From positions 256,001 through 320,000 of the forward strand of contig CBDCWP010000039.1 in assembly GCA_965223505.1 (NCBI GenBank): a stretch of 64,000 bases of DNA, in the 5' to 3' direction. The notes beneath the pieces are model-generated. The model searched no databases. It was not told the origin of the DNA and worked only from the letters and a program-made list of their open reading frames with translations. Below are positions 9,032 through 17,697 of the stretch, piece after piece. The stretch comes from Planctomycetota bacterium (GTDB lineage Bacteria; Planctomycetota; PLA2; JAEUHO01). The position numbers and the translations under genes are program-made. Numbering within the stretch: position 1 is the stretch's first letter; each line of letters starts with the position of its first letter.

Positions 9032-10834
9032 CTACAGCAATGAGAAGAGCTCGTTGACGACGTCGGTCGAAGCGCGGTAGTTGCCGCCCGCGGTGACGAT
9101 CGCGTACGGAGACGGCTCCTCCCGGGCGCACGCGAGGCCCAGCGCAGAGATCGCGACGGCGCGCGTGAGATCCTGTTGACCGTCGTCGACGGCGAGCTCG
9201 ATCAGCTGAGACACGGCTTGATCGTCGCGCATGCGCGCGAGCGCGCGTCCGGCCTCGCCCTTCACCACGTGCGATCGGGCTTCCTCCAGCTCCTTCAGGA
9301 GGAGCGCTCTCGACGTCGCGCTCGGAAACGAGGACAACGCGCTCGCCGCCAGGACGCGCAACCACTCGTTGCGTCGCTCCTTCACGGTCGCCTCCAACGC
9401 CGACCCGATGTCGGCCGGCGGCTTCGACGCGTACGAGAGCGCGAGCGCCGCGTACCCGCGCAGCGAGTGCTCCCGCTTGGGATCACGGAGGATCGCCGCG
9501 AGCGCCGGGAGCGATGCCTCGTCGTCGGCGATCCCCAATGCGACCGCGAAGGCGTTCTGGCGGCGCGGGTCCAGCTTCTTGGTCGTCAATCCCATCCGCA
9601 GCGTCGCGATCGACGCCTTGTGTCGTTGCGCGAAGCGCGCCTGGTTGCCCGCCTCCCGGAGGAAGAGCGAAAGCGCCAGGGCGGCGTGGGGCCGGTTGAG
9701 GTAGTGCCCGTTCCGGGCGATCTCGACCAGATGATCGACCGCCTCCGCGTCGAAGGTGGCCGCCTTGGTGCGCGCAGCATGCGCTGACAGCACACCCAGG
9801 CTCATCAGCGCGAAGTTGTTCGTCGTCAGGTCCCGTGTCTTGAGGTGGCTGTCGATGAGCCCCTTCGCGATCCGGCTTCGTCCCTTGGCGGAGACGTGCC
9901 GGCTGAGCGTCCCCAGCGCCACGGCGGCGCTGCGGCGAATGGTCCGATCCCCGCGACGGCTCCCGATCCGGCGTAGCAGGGGGGTGATGTCGTCCTCCGT
10001 ACCCAGCGAACCGAGCGCCAGGGCGATGTAGCTCGCCGAGACGCTCGTGAAGGTCGAAGGGGTCGAGCGACGGCGGTGTTCCCGCATCCACGCGCGTAGT
10101 TGCTCGCGCTGCGGCTCCGTGATCGAGCTGCGGGGTTGCGACCGCAAAGCCAACAGCAGTCCGATGTAGAGGTCCGGGTAGGGATAGCCGTCGCGATCGA
10201 GTCGATCGAACAGCCGCGCCGTCGTCTTGGCCGCGTCGCCCGTGGGCTGGTCGCCCAACATGCCGATGGCGATCGCCGCGAATGCCCGTGCGCGACCCTG
10301 GAAGTCGCCGTCGTCGAAGATCCCGAACAGGAATTGGCGAACGCCGTCGAGCGTGGCCGCGTCGAGCTGGTGCGCGGGATCGTCGCGGCGCAGCAGACCC
10401 AGCGACAGGGCCGCCGCCTCGAGCACAATCACGTCGTACATCTTGTGCTTGGCTCTCTTCTCGAGGCCTTCTTTCAAGAGCTCGATGTCGGACGCATCGC
10501 GTCGAGGCATCCGAGCGAACGCGAGAAATGCCGCCGACTGCGTGTCCTGATGACCGGCCGCCTTCGCGTCCGACATCAACCGGAGGGTCGCCGCGCGCGC
10601 TCTCTCGAGCGTTTCGGCCTTCAGCGCGGGACGCGGCTCCTCGCGAACGCGCCGCTCGATGGGCTCGACGTTGTAGTGCAACCAGAACGGCCAGTCGTCG
10701 AACGTCATGCTGCGCGGGCTGTGCCCGGCGCCCGGCGGCACCATGCCGCCGGGACCGCGGAAGCGACCCCCGTGCGCGTGTGCGTCCGCCGCAAAGAGTG
10801 AGAGCGCCCATGCGACGAGCACGACGCGTCGCAT
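9032..10834 (-). CDS. secreted HEAT-repeat protein, paralog 2
   Basis: MRRVVLVAW...AHA|HGGRFRGPGG; same C-terminus NYRASTD; alternative start at 10861. Confidence 0.85.
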   Translation of the reverse strand: MRRVVLVAWALSLFAADAHAHGGRFRGPGGMVPPGAGHSPRSMTFDDWPFWLHYNVEPIERRVREEPRPALKAETLERARAATLRLMSDAKAAGHQDTQSAAFLAFARMPRRDASDIELLKEGLEKRAKHKMYDVIVLEAAALSLGLLRRDDPAHQLDAATLDGVRQFLFGIFDDGDFQGRARAFAAIAIGMLGDQPTGDAAKTTARLFDRLDRDGYPYPDLYIGLLLALRSQPRSSITEPQREQLRAWMREHRRRSTPSTFTSVSASYIALALGSLGTEDDITPLLRRIGSRRGDRTIRRSAAVALGTLSRHVSAKGRSRIAKGLIDSHLKTRDLTTNNFALMSLGVLSAHAARTKAATFDAEAVDHLVEIARNGHYLNRPHAALALSLFLREAGNQARFAQRHKASIATLRMGLTTKKLDPRRQNAFAVALGIADDEASLPALAAILRDPKREHSLRGYAALALSYASKPPADIGSALEATVKERRNEWLRVLAASALSSFPSATSRALLLKELEEARSHVVKGEAGRALARMRDDQAVSQLIELAVDDGQQDLTRAVAISALGLACAREEPSPYAIVTAGGNYRASTDVVNELFSLL

Positions 10835-10873
10835 CACCACCGCGGTCTTCGATCCCTGCATGCCCCGCACGCC

Positions 10874-10888
10874 GCACCTCGCGTGCCA
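10874..10888 (-). promoter_or_regulatory. sigma54-type -24/-12 promoter candidate
   Basis: TGGCACGCGAGGTGC (GG-N10-GC) upstream of HEAT paralog 2. Confidence 0.65.
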
Positions 10889-10914
10889 CTCTGGCCACGT
10901 GTGTCGAACGCAGG

Positions 10915-11388
10915 CGTTCTTCGTTGCGGTCTTTCGAGGGGCGAGGAAGCGTCCTCGTGATGTAGGTGCGATGCGAGCGAGGACGCGGACGCTCACCCTT
11001 CGGAGGGGGGCCTGGGGGCACGTGCGGAGTGGGCCTTGAACCTCGATGGAGACGTTCTTCGTTGCGGTCCTTCGAGTGCCGCGAGGAAGCGTCCTCGTGA
11101 TGTAGGCGCGATGCGGAGCAAGGACGCGGGCGCTCACCCTTTAGAGGGGGTCCTGGGGGCAGCGCCCCCAGAGTGGAGACGTTCTCCGCCGGGGTCTTTC
11201 GAGCGCCGCGAGGAAGCGTCCTCGTGATGTAGGCGCGATGCGGAGCAAGGACGCGGGCGCTCACCCTTGAGAGGGGGTCCTGGGGGCAGCGCCCCGAGTG
11301 GAGACGTTCTCCGCCGGGGTCTTTCGAGCGCCGCGAGGAAGCGTCCTCGTGATGTAGGCGCGATGCGGAGCAAGGACGCGGGCGCTCA
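10915..11388. repeat. tandem array of ~125-138 bp palindrome-rich units (left array)
   Basis: Units begin at about 10915, 11053, 11180 and 11305 with core GCGAGGAAGCGTCCTCGTGATGTAGG...GGACGCGG(G/A)CGCTCA and a GGGGGCAGCGCCCC hairpin. Confidence 0.95.
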
Positions 11389-11471
11389 GGCTTTGGACGC
11401 TAGTTGGAGTACTTAGGGAAGAAAAGGGCAGGTAGTTCAGCTTCAGAACCACCTCCTCCTTCCCGATGCGG

Positions 11472-11723
11472 ATGTCGACACTCGATGACAGAATCGAGAC
11501 CCTTACTCTGCGCCAAACAGAAGCTGAAGAGCGAGCGACGCATGAGATCTGGAAGTCGCGGGAGCTGAACAAGTCCGGTGACACTGATGCCGGGAAGTCC
11601 GCTGAGGAGCGCGCCCAAGAACTCCTTGCCGATGTGAAGCGCATTGGGGCTGAGATTGACGAAGCGCTTGATGAACGCAGCAAAGTCAAGCGACTTCTCG
11701 CCTCGTTGGGCGAGTCCCCATAG
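11472..11723 (+). CDS. small coiled-coil hypothetical protein
   Basis: Charged helical ORF (MSTLDDRIETL...). Confidence 0.45.
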   Translation: MSTLDDRIETLTLRQTEAEERATHEIWKSRELNKSGDTDAGKSAEERAQELLADVKRIGAEIDEALDERSKVKRLLASLGESP

Positions 11724-11888
11724 CGCTTCGGCTGAAGGGACCCCATGCGTGGCCCGCGTCGTTTACGGCACTGGATCATCCAACAGCTCTAGGCGCCTAG
11801 CTGCTAGCTGTGAGATTGGGACGCTTCGGACGCTTCGCATACGACGCAGTCTTGAGACGTCTGACCACCTGGCTACAGTCCGAACGTG

Positions 11889-12132
11889 GTCGCGTCAGTA
11901 GTTTCTCGAACTCGTTCGAGCTCTACCCAGTGTCTGTCTTGCAACTGCTCTTGGTGGAATGGCTGCTGGCGCGCCACACCCACTTCCCGGACTTTGGTTT
12001 CTCAGATTTGGTCTTGACGGCCCCAAGCGCCTGAATACCGTGGAGCTTGCAAGACAGACACGGCTAGCTGGGAGCTAGAGCGTTCGAGGGGGACTGGGGT
12101 TCTCTTCGCGGCGACTTGTGCGCCGGCGGCCA
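11889..12132 (+). ncRNA. candidate structured RNA/leader, copy 1
   Basis: Homologous to 51236-51472; 15-bp stem 11930-11944/12047-12061; loop-to-3' pairing 11960-11971/12121-12132. Confidence 0.6.
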
Positions 12133-12246
12133 CTTCGGCCATTCGTGAAGTCGATGCTGCAACCGCTGCACATCGACGCGGGATGGTCATTGGAAAGACA
12201 TGTTGGCGAGAGCGGCCTCGAGAGCGTTGCCGAAAGCGCAGCGACG

Positions 12247-12708
12247 ATGGAGACACTGAGCGTGTCGCCGATCGCATACCCCAGCCAGCAAGACCAGCTT
12301 CGGCATGGGCACTCCAACTCCTTCGGCCGTCCGCCTCTGACGTTGCTCAAGAACTTTCCCTATGCCGCGGACCTCGTTCAGCCTTTTCGCACGAAGTGGG
12401 TCCCTGTTGACTCCGAGTTTCAGTTCGCGACAGTGCACGTCCATTGCCAGACGCTCTTTCCCGCAACGTTGCCTTCGCCGGGCGTAACGATCGGCGTGTT
12501 CACTTCATTCGATACCGTCGAGTTCACTTCATTCGATACCGTCGAGTTCTATCTGATCGGAACGTCAGTCAACGTGACGGGGACGGGCTCTCAAAGTGTC
12601 CCCGTAACGACAGATCTTGGCCCAATGGTGCGCGTGGAGATCGCGAATGGTGCAACTGTGCCCGTCTTCGCCACGCTCAGTGTTTGGCTGCAACCCAAGA
12701 GTACCTAG
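12247..12708 (+). CDS. small beta-rich protein, family A paralog 1 (with in-frame 8-aa duplication)
   Basis: LKNF..SEFQFATVHVHCQT..SFDTVE..VRVEI..SVWLQPK shared with the next three ORFs; start uncertain. Confidence 0.7.
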   Translation: METLSVSPIAYPSQQDQLRHGHSNSFGRPPLTLLKNFPYAADLVQPFRTKWVPVDSEFQFATVHVHCQTLFPATLPSPGVTIGVFTSFDTVEFTSFDTVEFYLIGTSVNVTGTGSQSVPVTTDLGPMVRVEIANGATVPVFATLSVWLQPKST

Positions 12709-12730
12709 TCGAAGAGCAAGGGAGATGAGT

Positions 12731-13087
12731 ATGGGACCGCTAGTATTGGCAAAGAACTTTCCCGCCGTCGTGGATGAGAATCAGACATTCGTCAGTGATT
12801 GGCTCCCCATGGACAGCGAGTTCCAGAACGGAACCATCCACGTCCATTGCCAGACGATCTCGCCGAACTCGGGCGTTACGACGGGATTCGAAGTCCAGGT
12901 CGAGACGTCCTACGACACAGTCGAGTCGAACCAGATCGGGACGACGATCAATGTGATCGCAACAGGCAGCTCCAACTCTGCGATCAGCGCCAACATCGCC
13001 GCGATGGTGCGCCTGAAGATCGAGAACTCCGAGACCTTCCCGATGTTCGGCATCCTGAGCGTGTGGCTCCAGCCCAAGAGCGAATAG
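12731..13087 (+). CDS. small beta-rich protein, family A paralog 2
   Basis: GGAG RBS; MGPLVLAKNF...SVWLQPKSE. Confidence 0.85.
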   Translation: MGPLVLAKNFPAVVDENQTFVSDWLPMDSEFQNGTIHVHCQTISPNSGVTTGFEVQVETSYDTVESNQIGTTINVIATGSSNSAISANIAAMVRLKIENSETFPMFGILSVWLQPKSE

Positions 13088-13107
13088 TTCGCCGGAGGGC
13101 TCGGTAG

Positions 13108-13467
13108 ATGGCGCCGATCGTTTTAGCCAAGAACTTCTCATTCGTTGCAGCCTCCGGGCAGACGCTGCTTGGCGACTGGATCTTCATTGGGGATCTGAGT
13201 GAGTTTCAGAACGCGAACGTTCACGTGCACAGCCAGACGCTATCGCCGTCAGGCGGAGTCTCGGGTCTTGCGGTGGATGTGCGCAGCTCATTCGATCGAG
13301 TCGAGAGCTATCAAGTTGGAGGGAGCGTCTCTGTGACTCTCCCTGGCAGTTACGACCAGACCATCTCCGCCAATCTCGCTGATTACGTGCGACTGGCCCT
13401 TACGAACAACACGGGTGGATTGCTCATCGGGATCGTCAGCGTGTGGCTGCAGATGAAGGCAGAGTAA
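13108..13467 (+). CDS. small beta-rich protein, family A paralog 3
   Basis: MAPIVLAKNF...SVWLQMKAE. Confidence 0.85.
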   Translation: MAPIVLAKNFSFVAASGQTLLGDWIFIGDLSEFQNANVHVHSQTLSPSGGVSGLAVDVRSSFDRVESYQVGGSVSVTLPGSYDQTISANLADYVRLALTNNTGGLLIGIVSVWLQMKAE

Positions 13468-13492
13468 GGTTTGAGAGAGAAGGGCTTGGAAG

Positions 13493-13846
13493 ATGGGACC
13501 GCTGGTTCTGGCGAGCAACTTCCTGATGGCAGCTGGTTCAGGCCAGGTGTTTATCGGAGATTGGCTGCCGATCAACAGCCAGTATCAGCTCGCCACGATC
13601 CACGTTCACTGTCAGACGATCACGCCGTTCCCGCCCGTCACGGGCTACGAGGTGATGGTGGATAGTTCATTCGACACCGTCGAGAGCAATCAGATCGGAA
13701 CCACGATCGTCGTGTCGACGACGGGGAGCCTGAGTTCCCCGGTGACAACCAACCTTGGACCGTTTGTGCGCTTGCGAATCGAGAACCCTGAGTCGGTGGC
13801 GATGCTGGCGATCATGAGTGTCTGGTTGCAGTTGAAGAAGACGTAA
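13493..13846 (+). CDS. small beta-rich protein, family A paralog 4
   Basis: MGPLVLASNF...SVWLQLKKT. Confidence 0.85.
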   Translation: MGPLVLASNFLMAAGSGQVFIGDWLPINSQYQLATIHVHCQTITPFPPVTGYEVMVDSSFDTVESNQIGTTIVVSTTGSLSSPVTTNLGPFVRLRIENPESVAMLAIMSVWLQLKKT

Positions 13847-14142
13847 GTAGCCGTCGAGTCGATGCCATGGTTCGCGGGTAGCGAGGAGCTAAACAAGAAT
13901 GCCGGATTTCACACAGACTTACTCGCGTAACAACGACGACCTTAACGGCGTGGACGCCACGAACAACAGTGAGTACGAAACAGCCAAGCTGACTGTGACG
14001 TTGTCGGCCAACACGGACGACTGTAAGTCGATAGCGAGGACGACGACTCCGACGAGAACTGATACGCCGTCGTCAACTGATACGCCGGCGGATCTGTCGC
14101 GCCCGCTGGGGTTCACCGAGGAGGATAGACTTCCGGGAGGTG

Positions 14143-15540
14143 GAGGGTGTACCGTTCTTTCTGTAAATGGCTCCCCGGAGGAGAGGCGCTCGCTTCGCTT
14201 GAATCAGCTAGCTGATTCAAGCGAAGCGGGCGCGCCGCCATCTCCCGGGGCGAACTGAGTGGCGGATCAACGCCGTACCTTTGCAGGTAACGACACCACG
14301 CAAAGGAGGAACGACGTGACCCACCACGAACAGCGTACGCCTTGGGGCGACGCACTGGAAGCGCTCAGCGAGAACGGGTTCGACGGCATGGCTGAGGCGA
14401 TGCGGGTGCTGGTGAACGAGGCCATGAAGGTCGAACGCAGTGCCTTCCTCGGCGCCGAGCCCCACGAACGCACGGATCAGCGCCGCGGCTACGCCAACGG
14501 CTTCAAGCGCAAGCGCGTCAGAACCCGCTTGGGCGAGATCGACGTCCAGGTGCCCCAGGTTCGCGACGTCGAGGGCGGCGACACGTTCTACCCCTCCAGC
14601 CTCGAACGCGGCCAGCGAAGCGAGAGAGCGCTCACGCTGGCCCTGGCGGAGATGTACGTCCAGGGCGTCTCGACGCGGCGTGTCGAGGCGATCACGAAGG
14701 TGCTTTGCAACGGCCTGGAGATCAGCTCCACGAGCGTGTCTCGAGCAGCTGCGCTGCTCGACGAGGAGCTCGAGCGCTGGCGCACACGTCCGCTCGGCGC
14801 GTTCAAGTACCTCGTACTCGACGCTCGCTACGAGAAGGTGCGCCACGGCGGATCGGTGCGCGACTGCGCTGTGCTGATCGCCATCGGCGTCGATTCTCAC
14901 GGCAAGCGCAGCGTGCTGGGAACGAGCGTGAGCCTCTCGGAGGCCGAGGTCCATTGGCGCGAGTTCCTCGCTTCTCTCCAGGATCGCGGCCTTCACGGCG
15001 TCGAGCTCATCACCAGCGACGGCCACAAGGGCATTGCGGCCGCGCTGGCGGCGCGGTTCGCCGGCGTGGCCTGGCAGCGCTGCCAGTTCCACCTGCAGCA
15101 GAACGCGCAGAGCTACGTTCCGCGCCAGAAGCTTCGACGCGACGTTGCCGCTGACCTTCGCGCCGCGTTCAATGCGACGTCGCGTCGCGAGGCCGAAGAG
15201 AAGCTCAAGGCCTTCGTGAAGAAGTGGGACAAGCCCGCGCCCGACCTGGCGCGCTGGGCCGAAGAGAACATTCCGCAGGGCTTCACCGTGTTCGATCTCG
15301 GCCTGAACGAAGCGCAGCGCAAGCGCCTTCGCACCACCAACAGCCTCGAGAACCTGAATCAGCAGATCCGCCGCCGCACTCGCGTCGCCGGATTGTTTCC
15401 GAACGAAGCGTCCTTGCTGCGGCTCGCAAGCGCGGTGCTCATCGAGATCAGCGAGGAATGGGAAACCGGACGGAGGTACTTGCCGAGGGACGACGCTTGA
15501 TCAACCGCTCAGCGATTTACAGAAAGAACGTTGCTCTGCC
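14143..15540 (+). mobile_element. IS256-family insertion sequence
   Basis: IR cores CGTTCTTTCTGTAAAT (14153-14168) / ATTTACAGAAAGAACG (15515-15530); 9-bp TSD CGGGAGGTG at 14134-14142 and 15541-15549. Confidence 0.92.
14316..15500 (+). CDS. IS256-family transposase
   Basis: YVQGVSTRRV, LDARYEKVR, SDGHKG, WQRCQFH, RTTNSLENLN motifs; GGAGG RBS. Confidence 0.95.
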   Translation: MTHHEQRTPWGDALEALSENGFDGMAEAMRVLVNEAMKVERSAFLGAEPHERTDQRRGYANGFKRKRVRTRLGEIDVQVPQVRDVEGGDTFYPSSLERGQRSERALTLALAEMYVQGVSTRRVEAITKVLCNGLEISSTSVSRAAALLDEELERWRTRPLGAFKYLVLDARYEKVRHGGSVRDCAVLIAIGVDSHGKRSVLGTSVSLSEAEVHWREFLASLQDRGLHGVELITSDGHKGIAAALAARFAGVAWQRCQFHLQQNAQSYVPRQKLRRDVAADLRAAFNATSRREAEEKLKAFVKKWDKPAPDLARWAEENIPQGFTVFDLGLNEAQRKRLRTTNSLENLNQQIRRRTRVAGLFPNEASLLRLASAVLIEISEEWETGRRYLPRDDA

Positions 15541-16251
15541 CGGGAGGTGGGTGGCCGGCGAAGATCCCCGGCGGTGTCCCTTGGGGTTCGCCGGACGCGG
15601 AAACCATCGAAGAGCCGCCTCCAGTCGAGACAGAGGACGACGAACCTGCTGGAACAGAGGGTGGTGGAGACACTTCTGTCGTTTGGAGATGCACCGGCGA
15701 AGTCAAGATCACGCTTACCGTGAAGGCAGAGCAGAAGACCAGTGATCCTCTATTCATGGAGGGGGGGCAGGGCTACCGACTGAGAGGTGCAGTCATTGGG
15801 AGGAGAGAACCGATCATCACCGGTCCCTTCGTGCAGCCTCCTCCTCCGGGCCTCGGAGAGCCAGCCCCCTTGGAGTTGACCGCGACGATTGATCTAGGTA
15901 CGTTGCCGTGTACGGGTGGTCGCCTGCGAGGGACAGTGTACGCCAACATGATAAACAGCAGGCACCGAGTTCGACTGCCCGCGAGTAACGGGCGCCCAGA
16001 GAGAACTAGGGTCCTGCCTCGAACGCAGTTGCAGATCAGTTTCACATTGAACGTCAAGGAATGCGGAGATGTGGAGTGCCAAAGGTTGGAGACCGAAGTA
16101 CCTGCGTGGTTGCACCAGACCTATGACCGTCGATTCCGGATGCGGCGCTCCAACATGCTCAGACACACGGGAAGCAACTTCGAACGTGCCCCCGCGACCG
16201 GTTGGCCTCAACCGTTCCGTAGGAAGGTGGAGCGTTAGGCGAGGGGGGGGT

Positions 16252-16719
16252 GTGCACGAACGTAGACTCTTGGCTTCATCGCTGTGCTTGCTGGCACTCG
16301 TCCTGAGTGCTTGCGCAAGTGCCTCCAGTCAGCGACTGCCCGCATACGAGCCCTACGTGTTTCCTGTGCTCGAGTGCCGTCTTGTCCGCGCGGAGGAGTA
16401 CGTCATGGTCGTGCGATCGAACCGGACGTGGTGGATTGTGGACCAAACGCTCTCGGATCATGACAAGAACAAGGTACAAGTGGGCACTTGGCGGGCGCTT
16501 GATCAATCTGTGTTGCAGTTTCGGCGATACGGTAGCCGGCGGCCAACCGGCTATCTAAGGTGCGATCTATCGGACCGCTCCGGAACAACGTGGGCCTTCT
16601 CTCGCGATCAGGGATTCCAGCGTTCGACTCGCTTGGTCGTGTCCGACCCGAGTGAAGTCCATATCCTATGGAATGCGCTCTCTCCGGTGAAAGACCGACT
16701 AGCTCTGGCCGCCCGATGA
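16252..16719 (+). CDS. lipoprotein, candidate immunity protein
   Basis: Lipobox LSA-C after basic/hydrophobic leader; directly follows the disrupted gene. Confidence 0.65.
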   Translation: MHERRLLASSLCLLALVLSACASASSQRLPAYEPYVFPVLECRLVRAEEYVMVVRSNRTWWIVDQTLSDHDKNKVQVGTWRALDQSVLQFRRYGSRRPTGYLRCDLSDRSGTTWAFSRDQGFQRSTRLVVSDPSEVHILWNALSPVKDRLALAAR

Positions 16720-16864
16720 CCCAGTTTTCGCGCTGCGGCTTGAAGCATCCCCTTGCCGAGAACGACAGCCAGACGTCCGTATCCACAGGAGCTTGAAGGA
16801 GACACGGACACGCGGCGACGGCTGCAGTCGCTCGTGGCGGGCAGCGATAGCACTCTCCGAGTTC

Positions 16865-17377
16865 CTACTTGACGTTTGCTTGCTCCTTCGTCAGCGCAGT
16901 CGCAGCAACCGCGATAGCGTCAAACATGTTGGAGTGATAGCGCGTCTTCCATTTGCGGTTGAGGCCGAGAAAGGCCCGAAGCCGCGGGTATCCCTGACAG
17001 ATAGCGGAAGCGACTCGAGCCTTGCTGGCGTTTCCGTCTCCGGTGACTCGTTTTTTCGCTGTGCTCGGGGAGACCAGCACGACGCGCACTCCCAGCGCCT
17101 CCGCTAGTGACTGGATCTCGTCGGCAACCAGGCGCAGCAAGCCAGAGTGAGAGCTTGCTGAGAAGAAGATGCGCTCGATGACCACAGCCTCGGGTTGATA
17201 GGCCTCGATGAGGCGGCCAACGACCTTGCGTGCTGCCGCCAGAGTCTGTTGCGGTCGGCACTCCCAGATCTCAAAGACCTGATGATGAATGAGCTCACGG
17301 CCTTCAAGCACAGCCGTACCCAGATACCTCGTTCCCGGATCTATCCCCAGCACCCTTTCTGGTCTTGGACCCTTCAT
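16865..17377 (-). CDS. RuvC-like Holliday junction resolvase
   Basis: VLGIDPG, VVIERIFF, SPSTAKKRVTGDGNASK, DAIAVA; no ruvA/ruvB adjacent. Confidence 0.8.
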   Translation of the reverse strand: MKGPRPERVLGIDPGTRYLGTAVLEGRELIHHQVFEIWECRPQQTLAAARKVVGRLIEAYQPEAVVIERIFFSASSHSGLLRLVADEIQSLAEALGVRVVLVSPSTAKKRVTGDGNASKARVASAICQGYPRLRAFLGLNRKWKTRYHSNMFDAIAVAATALTKEQANVK

Positions 17378-17697
17378 GAAAGCAGGGTGCGGTACTTCTC
17401 CAGGCAAGCCAGCCAGGAAGAGTTCCCAAGGAAGATCGAATCCGCTCCTAGGGCCCAGGTGGATCGCCCAGAAGCGCTCTGAGCTTCCACCAATAGCGCC
17501 GAGCCACTCGGTACTCGCTCAGTTCCCAGGCCTTCCAGGTGCGGTGAGCGACACCCACCCGGACTGCAGCCTCACGCTGCAATAGACCGAGCCGTCGTCG
17601 GGACCGGCGAATCCAGTTGCTCTCAGCTCGTCCGTCGAGCCGAGGAAATGGCGGCACCGGGACTGACAAAGTGGCATTCCAACAAGGCTCCAAACCC

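Larger units (their letters stand above)
13899..16238 (+). pseudogene. ~310-aa Cys-containing protein interrupted by IS256
   Basis: Removing the IS and one TSD joins ...EEDRLPGG to GWPAKIPGG... in frame (933 nt); GAGGAG RBS upstream. Confidence 0.75.
11389..17697. mobile_element. island 1: TIR-bounded cargo element inserted in the repeat array
   Basis: Imperfect 24-bp terminal IRs (GGCTTTGGACGCTAGTTGGAGTAC vs reverse complement GGGTTTGGAGCCTTGTTGGAATGC); CTCA on both flanks; visibly more AT-rich than backbone. Confidence 0.7.

Noticed and set aside
11905..11920. LexA (GAAC-N4-GTTC) box
   Set aside because: The spacer is 2 nt, not 4, in both copies.
11889..12132. retron msr-msd
   Set aside because: Long inverted repeats are present but neither island encodes a reverse transcriptase.
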